IMG/VR virus record: IMGVR_UViG_3300021962_000023
Coordinates: 134,535 to 198,534 of that record
DNA from: a virus
Length of the DNA stretch: 64,000 bases
Direction: 5' to 3' (one strand)
The notes beneath the pieces are model-generated. The model had not been told where the DNA came from. It ran no database searches and saw only the letters and a program-made list of their open reading frames with translations. Below are positions 1 to 9,668 of the stretch, in pieces. A program made the translations under genes and the position numbers. How positions within the stretch are numbered: the stretch's first letter is position 1; each line of letters opens with the position of its first letter.

Positions 1-1353
1 AGAATATCTATCCACCATTTCTGCTAAAAATATCATACCATCTGCCATATCTTCAACATGTAGTAAATCTCGGATTTCAGTTCCATCACCCCATACTGGT
101 ATTGGGTCTAATCCATCTGCTACTTTACGAATGTTTGCAGGAGTAACATGACACTTTTCGAAATCAAACTTATCATTCGGTCCGAATGCATTCGAAGGTC
201 TGATAATTATACATTGCATTGGATTTTCAATCTGATTAGAAAAGAAATCACATAACATTTCACCATATCGTTTCATACCACCAACTGCTTTATAAATTGG
301 TAATAATGGGGTAGCATGTACATTAATATCTTCGGTACAAAATTCATTTTTCATATCAGGATATGTTGTGTTTGAAGAAATAAACATAAATTTCTTAACA
401 CTATTTACCCAACTTTGCTCCATCATATTAACATTCATTATAACATTTGGAGTTACATGCAACAATGGATTAAATTTCGTATCCAATGCATTTGAAGTAT
501 TTGCTGCTAAATGGAATACAACATCAACATCTTTTGTAATTTGTTTACAAAATTCAGCATCTCGTAAATCACCCTTAATATGCTCAATAGATTGTTTATT
601 TTCTATTGTATCAGGCAAATCTCTACTGAATGATGTAGTTCGTAGATTCCAATATCCTTTTTCTTTTAAACTCTTAACTAATTGTGAACCAATAAATCCA
701 CTTGCTCCTGTAACTAAAATTTTGTAACTTTTTCCCATATGATTTCGTTTATGAATGAATGCGCAAATTGCTAATCTTTTTCCGTTTGTAACTGGTGTGA
801 CTTCATGCGACACCTCATTATTTATATAATCAATACATATTGCTTGTCCAAATTCAGGCGCAACATCTATTATTTCATTTGTATTTGGGTCTATAACTCT
901 TAGTAGACCACCATTATCAACATCATAATTTTCATTTAAGTAAAATAAAAATCCAGCCATTCTGTCGGAATCTCTACCATCAATATGTTCTTCTATAAAA
1001 CATCCTTCTGTATACATTGTAACATTCCATAGAATTTCTAATGGATAATTTATATTCGGATATAAAGTTTTAAAATGCCTTTCTAACATTTTTTCAACTT
1101 CAACTCTATTTTCAGGCTTATTTAATGTATACCAAATTTGACTTAATTTAGTATTTTCATTTAAGATTCTTTCTTTTTCTTTTTCTGAATTTTCAAATGT
1201 TTTATCAAACCCAGTTGGGAATGAATAACTTTGATTACCCACACCTTCAGCGGATGCTCGTATATTCTCTATATTAGTAGATAATTCTAAGACCTTTTTT
1301 AAAATAGATTGGTCATTAGAATCTAAAGTATATAATTTAAATGGTTGATTCAT
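1..1353 (-). CDS. 2OG-Fe(II) oxygenase fused in frame to an NAD(P)-dependent epimerase/dehydratase (extended SDR); 3' end runs off the window
   Basis: Hand translation from ATG at 1353 gives MNQPFKLY...MYTEGCFIEEHIDG...SHEVTPVTNGKRLAICAFIHKRNH-MGKSYKILVTGASGFIG...FHLAA...RPSNAFG...WGDGTEIRD. I found no stop through the junction (M at 738) or in the stretches read downstream. The N-part has HxD...H...R; the C-part has TGxxGxxG. It is missing from the ORF track, as expected for a frame with no stop in the window. Confidence 0.8.
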   Translation of the reverse strand, partial: MNQPFKLYTLDSNDQSILKKVLELSTNIENIRASAEGVGNQSYSFPTGFDKTFENSEKEKERILNENTKLSQIWYTLNKPENRVEVEKMLERHFKTLYPNINYPLEILWNVTMYTEGCFIEEHIDGRDSDRMAGFLFYLNENYDVDNGGLLRVIDPNTNEIIDVAPEFGQAICIDYINNEVSHEVTPVTNGKRLAICAFIHKRNHMGKSYKILVTGASGFIGSQLVKSLKEKGYWNLRTTSFSRDLPDTIENKQSIEHIKGDLRDAEFCKQITKDVDVVFHLAANTSNALDTKFNPLLHVTPNVIMNVNMMEQSWVNSVKKFMFISSNTTYPDMKNEFCTEDINVHATPLLPIYKAVGGMKRYGEMLCDFFSNQIENPMQCIIIRPSNAFGPNDKFDFEKCHVTPANIRKVADGLDPIPVWGDGTEIRDLLHVEDMADGMIFLAEMVDRYS

Positions 1354-1372
1354 ATTATTTGGTATTAATCTA

Positions 1373-1404
1373 TAAAGATACTAATTTTTTTTGATATTAA
1401 CAAA
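1373..1404 (-). promoter_or_regulatory. Bacteroidota-type sigma70 promoter (TTTG-N20-TATCTTTA)
   Basis: The minus strand reads TTTG, a 20-nt spacer, then TATCTTTA, ending 19 nt before the ATG at 1353. Confidence 0.6.
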
Positions 1405-2008
1405 AATTTAGATAACATTTTCTTTGATATCCACTAACTTTTTTAACACCATGCTTTACATCATTTTTTGTAAAATCCATTATAGCAACATTACCAATTA
1501 TTGGCTTAACTTCAACATTACCATTTAGTATTAATTCTCCGCCAGTTTGTAATTCATCTTCTTTATTTAGATAAATTAATATAACGCATTTATATTTTGA
1601 ATTTGGATTAAATCCATCACAATGCTCTATTAAAAAGCAATCATCATTATACATCGTTATATAAGAACTATGATGAAATTCATCAATACCTTCATTATAA
1701 AAAAAATTCTTTATTTTATTTAATAATGGTTTTTTAAACTTATCTTTATTTACATCATTGTAATACCAGATTTCGTATAAATTATTTTTTTTAGTAGAAT
1801 TTTTTATTTCTTCTAAATTTTCAAATGAATCTTTTATAAATGTAGCTTCTTCCGAATGTATATTTTTATATCGTAAAGTTTTAAATTCAACATTACTCAT
1901 AGAATACAATTCATTCAATGAATTATGAATTTCAACATCATCTATATCATATAAATTAAATGTTGTATATCCTTTTTCGAATAATTCTATTTTATTTAAT
2001 TCAGTCAT
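1397..2008 (-). CDS. 2OG-Fe(II) oxygenase (prolyl-4-hydroxylase-like)
   Basis: Motifs TMYNDDCFLIEHCDG (HxD), YLN, GGEL, VKHGVKKV and RKCY. The start was moved to the ATG at 2008, which forms a TAATG overlap with the upstream stop. Confidence 0.8.
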   Translation of the reverse strand: MTELNKIELFEKGYTTFNLYDIDDVEIHNSLNELYSMSNVEFKTLRYKNIHSEEATFIKDSFENLEEIKNSTKKNNLYEIWYYNDVNKDKFKKPLLNKIKNFFYNEGIDEFHHSSYITMYNDDCFLIEHCDGFNPNSKYKCVILIYLNKEDELQTGGELILNGNVEVKPIIGNVAIMDFTKNDVKHGVKKVSGYQRKCYLNFC

Positions 2009-2670
2009 TAGCAAAAGCTTATAAAACAATATCTGTTATATCCAATTACTTTTTCAACTCTATGCCATACATCATGTTTTGTAAAATCCAATATAGCAAC
2101 ATTACCATATATTGGCTCTACTATCAATTCAGTTTCATTGTGGGATGATAATACCAATTCGCCACCTTTTCCTTTTTCATAATCGGTTGATAGATAAAAT
2201 AATATAGCACATCTTCTAAACCCACTATATTCACCATTGCCATCACGATGATTTTTAAGATAACAGCCATCATTATACAATGTAACTTGTGAATTAGCTG
2301 CTTCCAATTCACTATCATAAAATTTATTAAATATGGGTCTTACTATTCTATCTAATGGATTATTTTCCGTATTTACATTGAATAGCCAATCGTAAAACCA
2401 AACTTGATTACAATCCGATTCATAATTATTTATGATATCTTTTTTTATAATATCAAGCTCTTCAAATGATTTCTTCATTAAAGATTGATTATTATATTGG
2501 TATCCAATATCTACCGGTATGGCGTGTTTTAAATTTTTAAACATTTCCGGTTTTAAATTACCAATTGGAAATATACTTTCAAAATTATTGTAAATATTTT
2601 CATCTAAATTTTTTAAATGAAAAGATATATACCCATTATTTAATAATTCTTCTTTTAATAAAGATTCCAT
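2008..2670 (-). CDS. 2OG-Fe(II) oxygenase (prolyl-4-hydroxylase-like)
   Basis: Motifs TLYNDGCYLKNHRDG, FYLS, GGEL, VWHRVEKV and RYCF; paralog of its neighbours. Confidence 0.8.
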   Translation of the reverse strand: MESLLKEELLNNGYISFHLKNLDENIYNNFESIFPIGNLKPEMFKNLKHAIPVDIGYQYNNQSLMKKSFEELDIIKKDIINNYESDCNQVWFYDWLFNVNTENNPLDRIVRPIFNKFYDSELEAANSQVTLYNDGCYLKNHRDGNGEYSGFRRCAILFYLSTDYEKGKGGELVLSSHNETELIVEPIYGNVAILDFTKHDVWHRVEKVIGYNRYCFISFC

Positions 2671-3740
2671 TTAGATACAATTTCTTTTACAAATTTTCTA
2701 TATAAGCTAGCCGATACATGTCCTAACGGGCAATTACCATCTTTATAAATATCAATTAAACTCTCTTCTGTATGTATTACACCTCTTCTATATTGTTCCA
2801 TAAATAAAACATTAGCACTTATACCATCATTATAATTGATATCAAAATTTCTAATAGCCCATTCGGTAACTCCGCCAAATTTATGTAAATTTTCTTCTTC
2901 ATAGAACCAAAACGAATCCCAATCAATCATATTGTAATAATGATTCAAATATGGATTTTCAAAATATTCCATTTTAGAATTCCAAGTATTTGGTATATAT
3001 TTATTTTTAATTAGTTCATACATTTCATTATTCTTAGAACCATTTGGTTTAAAAATAGGAAATCCTCCTCCATTTACACAATTCAATACATATTCATCTG
3101 AAAAGTTATTAGCAATATTAAACATTTTGTATTTAATACCATTTGATTTAAAATACATTTGTAGCATTACAATTGTTTCTAAAAATACTAATAGACGTTC
3201 TTCATACGAATGTAAATGTCCTAAATTAAGATAAGCAAATTCTTTCATAGGATTTTTTATGTGGTCCATACCAAATCCACCCGAAAGAAAATAATATCCT
3301 TTTTCACCTATTTGATTTTTTTCTTCCACAAAATCATTAATATGTGCATAATCATCATCCCATCTCTTACGATGTTGTGGTAATTTTAATTTTGGATTTT
3401 CTTCTTGTTTAGATGGTGATACAAAATATGCATTTCTATAAAAAGATGACCATTGAACTATTACTGATATATCCGAAGGCGATATTCCTTCTTTTTTCAT
3501 TTTTTCTATTTTGTATATCAGATTTCTAGCTATAACTTGATTATCATTTGTGACATTTCCTAAATTGATTACTTTTAATTCAGAATTTAACAATTGAATC
3601 CAGTGTGGATAATAATTAAATTCAGATGAATCACCGTGACCGGACATATCATCTTCTTTTATAAAATTACTATCTGTAACATCTATATTGATTCTACCTG
3701 CTCTTGTAAAAGAACATCCGTTTGTAATTACATATTTCAT
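2655..3740 (-). CDS. SGNH/GDSL-like protein (GCSF type)
   Basis: N-terminal ITNGCSFT, VIVQWS and C-terminal GHVS resemble SGNH block I and the catalytic His region. Confidence 0.5.
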   Translation of the reverse strand: MKYVITNGCSFTRAGRINIDVTDSNFIKEDDMSGHGDSSEFNYYPHWIQLLNSELKVINLGNVTNDNQVIARNLIYKIEKMKKEGISPSDISVIVQWSSFYRNAYFVSPSKQEENPKLKLPQHRKRWDDDYAHINDFVEEKNQIGEKGYYFLSGGFGMDHIKNPMKEFAYLNLGHLHSYEERLLVFLETIVMLQMYFKSNGIKYKMFNIANNFSDEYVLNCVNGGGFPIFKPNGSKNNEMYELIKNKYIPNTWNSKMEYFENPYLNHYYNMIDWDSFWFYEEENLHKFGGVTEWAIRNFDINYNDGISANVLFMEQYRRGVIHTEESLIDIYKDGNCPLGHVSASLYRKFVKEIVSKWNLY

Positions 3741-4753
3741 AAAAAATTAGGTTTTAAAACTTCAAAATAAAATTTTCTCCACATCAATGCAGATGGGTGG
3801 CCATATGAACGATGTTTGAAATAATCTGCCTTTTCTTGTTCACTCAATCCTTCCATTTCAAAATATACCAATTCACTCAATCCAAATCCAGAATCATCTT
3901 TTACACCACTCCCCCATTCTCCAATAGACCATTCTATTGCACCACCAAACTTATGATAATTTTCTATTTCATAAAACCAAAAATCGTTTAAATCGATTAA
4001 TTCAAATAAATAATTAATGTAAGGTATATCGATTAATATCGATGCATTCCAGTTATCCCCAACAAGTCTTTTTTCCAAAATATCAGGTCTGATATCCATA
4101 TGCGGCTCTTGCTGTGTTTTAAGTTTTTTATTTATATCTTCGTATTTTGTAAATATGTTCGATGAAAAATTATTTCCCATCGTAAAAAATTTATATTTTA
4201 TTCCATTTGATTTACAAAAGCTTGAAATAAAAATTATATTTTTTAAAAAACTTATTATTCTTTCTTCATTTGAATATTCCATACCCAAATAATTGAATAC
4301 AATATCATTAAGTTCATCTAAATTATTTGTTCGATTGTATCCACCTGTTAAATATTTAAATCCGTGTTCGTATTTGTATCGTTTTTCCGTTATAAAATCG
4401 TTAGTATGTGTAGTTACGCCCATCTTACTTCTATCCACCATTCCTTTTGGAATAAAAAATGAATTCCTACTTACAGCAGACCATTGTATTATAACTTCTA
4501 TATCCGATTTATCTACACCTTCTTTTAATAATTTATTAATACCATATAATACGCTTTCTACAATAGTATCATTATCATTGGTAGGACATCCGTAATTATG
4601 AATTTGATATTTATCTCCTTCGTAATGTTGTATCCATTCTATCCAAGTCCATGTAGTTTTGTCTTTTTTTGCCAAATCATATTCGGTTGGCATATCTACA
4701 TTTGGCTTTACCAAACTAGAAAAAGAACATCCTGCCGCTACTAAATGTTTCAT
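3737..4753 (-). CDS. SGNH/GDSL-like protein (GCSF type), paralog of 2655..3740
   Basis: Motifs VAAGCSFS, VIIQWS and YGHPSA; shares FWFYE..(Y/L)HKFGG..EW with its neighbour. Confidence 0.5.
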   Translation of the reverse strand: MKHLVAAGCSFSSLVKPNVDMPTEYDLAKKDKTTWTWIEWIQHYEGDKYQIHNYGCPTNDNDTIVESVLYGINKLLKEGVDKSDIEVIIQWSAVSRNSFFIPKGMVDRSKMGVTTHTNDFITEKRYKYEHGFKYLTGGYNRTNNLDELNDIVFNYLGMEYSNEERIISFLKNIIFISSFCKSNGIKYKFFTMGNNFSSNIFTKYEDINKKLKTQQEPHMDIRPDILEKRLVGDNWNASILIDIPYINYLFELIDLNDFWFYEIENYHKFGGAIEWSIGEWGSGVKDDSGFGLSELVYFEMEGLSEQEKADYFKHRSYGHPSALMWRKFYFEVLKPNFL

Positions 4754-5754
4754 TATAATCTGCTTTTATATTCTAAAATTGATTTTTTTAATCCTTCTTT
4801 TAAAGTAGTTTGTGGTAGGATTCCATATTGTTTTTGTTTTTTAGAACCTAAACATCTAATTGGGTCTCCGTTTGTTTTAGTTTCATCCCAAATAATATTT
4901 TTAGTTTTACCTGTGATTTCGGTATAACATTCAACAATAGTTTCAATTGTTTCTTTAATGGTTACTGCTTCCGCACACCCAAAGTTAATAATATCTTTAA
5001 CTTCCTTCTTAACAACATCAATGGTGGCTTGAGCTACATCATCTCCAAATACAAAATCTCGTTTAGAAGAACCATTTCCCCAGCAAACCATATCATCTCC
5101 TTCTACATTAAATAACTTCCATATATTAGAACTAATTACAGTTGCATCTTGTGCGAAATTATCGTTTGTTCCATATATGTTTGAAGGTCTGATTACAGTC
5201 CAATTATCCCAACCATACTGAACTCTTAATGAATCCAATGTGAGTTCTCCCATTCTCTTTGTCCAACCTGGATGCCAATCTAAACGAGATGGAGTCGATG
5301 CCCAAGTTTCTTCTTGTGACCAAATATCTTCTTCATTCATTACATCCGTTGGTTTATATACACCTACCGATGAAAGATAAACGAACCAATCAACTTTTGC
5401 ATCAAATGATGCTTTAATCATATTAGTATTGAACATCAACATTGGGAATAGATAATCAGCTGGATTTTGTGATGAACGGGCTGGTGAACCTTTTACTCCG
5501 GCAATATGAAGAACGATATCTATTTTAAAATCGTGAAATAAATTTTCGCAATGCGATAAATATGTTAAATCAGTTTTAACAAGTATTAGTTTTTCTCTAC
5601 CATACTTCATTTGTAATGATTCTAATTTTTTTCCAATGTTTAAATCAACTGCTATCACCTTATCGGCTCCTTCTTCTAAACATTTTTCAATAGTTGGTAA
5701 TCCTACCAAACCATTTGCACCCGTAACTAAAACTCTTTTTCCTTTAAATTCCAT
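4753..5754 (-). CDS. NAD(P)-dependent epimerase/dehydratase, GDP-fucose-synthase-like extended SDR
   Basis: Motifs VTGANGLVG, LHIAG, LSSVGVY, RPSNIYG and WGNGSSKRDF. Confidence 0.85.
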   Translation of the reverse strand: MEFKGKRVLVTGANGLVGLPTIEKCLEEGADKVIAVDLNIGKKLESLQMKYGREKLILVKTDLTYLSHCENLFHDFKIDIVLHIAGVKGSPARSSQNPADYLFPMLMFNTNMIKASFDAKVDWFVYLSSVGVYKPTDVMNEEDIWSQEETWASTPSRLDWHPGWTKRMGELTLDSLRVQYGWDNWTVIRPSNIYGTNDNFAQDATVISSNIWKLFNVEGDDMVCWGNGSSKRDFVFGDDVAQATIDVVKKEVKDIINFGCAEAVTIKETIETIVECYTEITGKTKNIIWDETKTNGDPIRCLGSKKQKQYGILPQTTLKEGLKKSILEYKSRL

Positions 5755-7066
5755 AGTTTTTTATTTTTTGTAAACAATTGTAGAAGTAATCGTAATTGGT
5801 AAATTTTAATAAATGTTGCCTGTTATGTATATACACTTCTTTATAAGATAAATATAATTTATTTAATTCTGAAATATCCATTTGTGATAATCTTAATATT
5901 TCATCGCATACCATTTTAAATCTTTTTTGAGAATTTTCTTCTAAATCATAACTCTCATCAATCAATCCATCGAATGTTCTAAATCCTAATCTTTTTAGTT
6001 CCTGCAAATGTCCGTTTGAAGAAAATATAATAAATGGTTGTAAATTTATTATTGGATGAAATGTTTTTTCGGATATGAATACTTTGTTATTTGAAAATGT
6101 TGTTTCGGTAACAATATTAATTACAGAATCTTCGTATGCAGGTTTATAATATATTTCAGATACTCTAAATGCATGTAGATTATTTTGATTCTTTAAATAT
6201 CGAGTATCAACATGCATTGGTATTTTTGATTTAAAAGAAGTATGGAATTCGCCATATGAATTGAAATCATTCATAGAAAGAGTTTCAAAACATTGATTAA
6301 CATCATCCATCATATGTAAAAAACTAAAATAACCTTTATCCCATAAGTTGTGTTTTTCTAAAAACAAACCAAAGGCGTATCGATGTGGTCTACTAACCTG
6401 TCTATTTAATGATATAAAATGTTTAGATTTATATTTGTTAAATGCATCGTAATTAACTATTTCAGAACTCCAATCAAAATCATTGTTCATATTTTTAGCA
6501 GTGTTATGTGTTAAAAATAATTTTAAAGAATTTGCTGTATTTTGTAAGAAAAAATGGTCTGATATATAATTTATTTTTGATGTGTTTTTTATATTGTTTG
6601 CACTCGTCAATATGAAAACTAAATTAATATCTAAATTATGTTTTTCGAATTCTGATTCTAAACTTGAGTTTATTCTATCATCATATAGTGCTTCACCTGC
6701 CCAATTGAATATAACTTTTATATTTTTATTTTTTAATTTATCAAATACCTTCGAATCCATATTTTGAATAAATGTATCCAAATAAGGAGATGGTTCGTAA
6801 CTCTCACATAGATAAATTAAATTATCATCATTTATATTTGTTGTGGATAATTTTTTAGTATGAGCATATGCTCTATAAAATGTACTTAATGATTTGGTAG
6901 AATATCCATTTTGAATAAATGAATCCCAATCATATTTTTCGGAACACAAAGTATTGTAATGATTCAATTCATCCTTTGATAGATTATTTGGTAATATTCT
7001 TCCAAATTTATCAACATTCTCAAAATAGAACTTAAACGAAATTTCTTCATTTTGCATCATAACCAA
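5744..7066 (-). CDS. putative glycosyltransferase (GT-B; C-terminus resembles GT10 fucosyltransferase-like phage proteins)
   Basis: C-terminal INIVTET...FISEKTFHPI...QPFII...LKRLGF recalls the E-N...Y-x-T-E-K donor-binding motif of GT10. It lies in a sugar cluster. Confidence 0.45.
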   Translation of the reverse strand: MVMMQNEEISFKFYFENVDKFGRILPNNLSKDELNHYNTLCSEKYDWDSFIQNGYSTKSLSTFYRAYAHTKKLSTTNINDDNLIYLCESYEPSPYLDTFIQNMDSKVFDKLKNKNIKVIFNWAGEALYDDRINSSLESEFEKHNLDINLVFILTSANNIKNTSKINYISDHFFLQNTANSLKLFLTHNTAKNMNNDFDWSSEIVNYDAFNKYKSKHFISLNRQVSRPHRYAFGLFLEKHNLWDKGYFSFLHMMDDVNQCFETLSMNDFNSYGEFHTSFKSKIPMHVDTRYLKNQNNLHAFRVSEIYYKPAYEDSVINIVTETTFSNNKVFISEKTFHPIINLQPFIIFSSNGHLQELKRLGFRTFDGLIDESYDLEENSQKRFKMVCDEILRLSQMDISELNKLYLSYKEVYIHNRQHLLKFTNYDYFYNCLQKIKNYGI

Positions 7067-7081
7067 TTATCTTTATTATAA

Positions 7082-8038
7082 CTATCTTCTATCTACTTTT
7101 TTAATAATATTTCTAACAAATTTATTATCATGCTTAAAACTATCGAATAGAGTTTCATTTTGTATGTATCCCCTTTGACACATTTTATCAAACATAAAGT
7201 CGCCAAATTCTATTTGTGGCGAATATAAATGTGAAAGTGATATATTGGATTTTATATAGTGCTTTATTCCATCTATTATTTTTTTCTTATCTTCAAAATC
7301 GGATTCGGTGATTTCCCAATCAGCATTAATAAATTCGCCATTTATCAAATCAATATGCGTTCCAACTTTATCTACAAAAACGGATTCAAAAAATATTATA
7401 TTATCTTTAAATTTTGTTTCATAAAATGGATATAATCCTTCTGCATCGTTTATAGGCAAATTACCTTTGTATGTAAAATACTTTCCTATGAACTTATAAC
7501 CATAAACTTTTTCCAAATAATATTGCGTTGTTCCCTGAAATCCACTATCTACCATTACAATTTTTTTTGCAGAACCAATTACATCATCTATATATTTTTT
7601 ATATTCAATTCTAAGTTCATTTGATTTGATAATAATCGTTTCAATCCACTTATTCAAATCAGGCAATTCTTTCTTTGTATCAATCCATTGATTTTCCGTA
7701 TTAGTTTTAATACCAAATCTATCAAATAATAAATCGTTTATATCACCCTCATATCTATGCAACTTAAATGAATCATATATTTCAATTTCATTTGTAAATG
7801 ATATCATCGATGCCAATTTACGAGATGTTTTAAAATATACACTCTTTGGTAAATCGTATTCATTTTTATAGATTTCCCAAATTTGTTTTAAGAAATATCC
7901 TTCTCTAGAATTAAATAAAACCAAATCGGCACCATTTAAATTATCAATTAACCATTTAAAGTAATTGAATACTAGAGGACCAATATAGGTTGAACCTAAT
8001 TCTTCTAATGTTTGCGGATTTCTATTAATCAATAACAT
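7082..8038 (-). CDS. hypothetical protein resembling the C-terminal region of HAD-associated polysaccharide-locus proteins
   Basis: Motifs FNSREGYFL and VDSGFQGTTQYYL. The start was moved to the ATG at 8038 to reduce overlap with the upstream gene. Confidence 0.45.
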   Translation of the reverse strand: MLLINRNPQTLEELGSTYIGPLVFNYFKWLIDNLNGADLVLFNSREGYFLKQIWEIYKNEYDLPKSVYFKTSRKLASMISFTNEIEIYDSFKLHRYEGDINDLLFDRFGIKTNTENQWIDTKKELPDLNKWIETIIIKSNELRIEYKKYIDDVIGSAKKIVMVDSGFQGTTQYYLEKVYGYKFIGKYFTYKGNLPINDAEGLYPFYETKFKDNIIFFESVFVDKVGTHIDLINGEFINADWEITESDFEDKKKIIDGIKHYIKSNISLSHLYSPQIEFGDFMFDKMCQRGYIQNETLFDSFKHDNKFVRNIIKKVDRR

Positions 8039-8465
8039 AAACTTTAAAACAAGGTATTCCCATTTCAATCCACATATCAATTATTCGTTGGTCATCATCG
8101 TATGCACAAAATACATCTTCTTTGATATAAGTTTTATACATTTTCTTTTTGTAATTTGGTGCTTTTAAAAAATTGTCTTCCCAACTTCTCATAATTAATT
8201 GGTCATATTGGATTTCATATTTTTTTAACCATTCTTCTGTAACTTCTCTAACCGATTCCGGTCTACCCGTAAGCAATATAATTTCAAATCCATCTTTTTT
8301 ATATTTTTTTGCTAAATCAATCATAGGATAAAATGGGTCATCCATTAAAATATTGTTAGGAATGTGCGCAGCTTCCCAATCAATTTTTCCATTAGGTTTT
8401 GTTGCCAATGCAAATCTTATGTTACTATTACATAATGTATTATCTATATCAATTATTACTTTCAT
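8025..8465 (-). CDS. HAD phosphatase, like the T4 polynucleotide kinase 3'-phosphatase domain
   Basis: Motifs DIDNTL (DxDxT), LTGRPE and YDDDQRIIDMW; no kinase domain. Confidence 0.8.
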   Translation of the reverse strand: MKVIIDIDNTLCNSNIRFALATKPNGKIDWEAAHIPNNILMDDPFYPMIDLAKKYKKDGFEIILLTGRPESVREVTEEWLKKYEIQYDQLIMRSWEDNFLKAPNYKKKMYKTYIKEDVFCAYDDDQRIIDMWIEMGIPCFKVYVID

Positions 8466-9667
8466 AAATCTCGTATTCCTTGTTTTTCGTAACTTACTGG
8501 TACTTTAATTCCGGTATTACATCCATTGCAATTATCGCAAAATGTGATGTATCCTAAATCAGTATAACCCAAATCAAACTTTAGTAATTCTTCTTTTGAA
8601 ATTGTGTTTATATCCACATAGTCATTTTCATTTAATGGAAATAACTTTGTTAATACAGCGCTAGTATTAAGATGGCAATAATAAAACTTACCATCATTTA
8701 ATCCTCTAAATGGTGCAGTACAACTATCAAAATGTTTGATTAGTCTATCGGTTGGTAGATTTTTCTTAATTCTTAAATCGCCAAAATCATACCATTCAAT
8801 TTCATTTCTAACATAATGGTTGATATTTTGAGATTTTAAAGTTTCTATTACTTTTAAAACTTTTACTTTTATATTTTCTAATTTATCTGTATAATCACTT
8901 ACACTCAAAATAACATCACTACTTTTTAATAAATCCAATGTACTCTGCTTTGGAAGAATTGTACCATTTGTTGTTATTATTAATTTATCTATTTTGAATG
9001 AATAGTTTGAAACAATATATCTAATAACATCTTCTATATGTGGATATAAAAATGGTTCACCACCTACCAAATGAAATACACTAACATAATCTACTTTATT
9101 AAAAAATAAATCAATATCCGATTTTATTATTTCAAAATCTCTATGATTTGGTGATACAAAATGTGGCATAAACATATTACAATGAGAACATGCCAATGTA
9201 CATCGTTCCGTTACCAAAACATCCGTTTGAAATATATGAACTTTATTTTCATATTTGAAAGGCCAAATTGATACAATATTTTTATACCAAGTATATTTTA
9301 TATTATGTTCATCTAAATATGTTGTATAAAGTTGTTTATAAACATCGGTTGTTATAATAACTTTTTCATCTATTTCAGCGGAGAAATCATCGATATGAAT
9401 TAACTTTATATTTCTTCTATCGATTTTAATATTTTTGGATTGTCTAAAAAAGGAACTGATTTCATTTATGTCATCTACATTTGTAGTATCTTTTATACTA
9501 TGGTCTACTATGTATTTAATTTTTAATTTCCTATCTCCCAATAATAAATCTAAACTTCTAATGAATTGAACGCATTCTTTACTTGCACCAAATAAAACAT
9601 ATTCGGTATCTAAGTTCCACTCCGAAACGAACTTATCAAAATTATGTAATTCATCTTTATATAACAT
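8462..9667 (-). CDS. radical SAM protein with an N-terminal Rossmann-like domain
   Basis: CTLACSHC (CxxxCxxC), GGEPF, ITTNGT, and C-terminal Cys residues (CTAP, YYCH, CDNCNGC). Confidence 0.85.
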   Translation of the reverse strand: MLYKDELHNFDKFVSEWNLDTEYVLFGASKECVQFIRSLDLLLGDRKLKIKYIVDHSIKDTTNVDDINEISSFFRQSKNIKIDRRNIKLIHIDDFSAEIDEKVIITTDVYKQLYTTYLDEHNIKYTWYKNIVSIWPFKYENKVHIFQTDVLVTERCTLACSHCNMFMPHFVSPNHRDFEIIKSDIDLFFNKVDYVSVFHLVGGEPFLYPHIEDVIRYIVSNYSFKIDKLIITTNGTILPKQSTLDLLKSSDVILSVSDYTDKLENIKVKVLKVIETLKSQNINHYVRNEIEWYDFGDLRIKKNLPTDRLIKHFDSCTAPFRGLNDGKFYYCHLNTSAVLTKLFPLNENDYVDINTISKEELLKFDLGYTDLGYITFCDNCNGCNTGIKVPVSYEKQGIRDL

Positions 9668-9668
9668 A

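Noticed and set aside
2124-2318. Alternative-frame minus-strand ORFs (2124..2318 and 36720..36974)
   Set aside because: They are nested in stronger genes in another frame and show no motifs.
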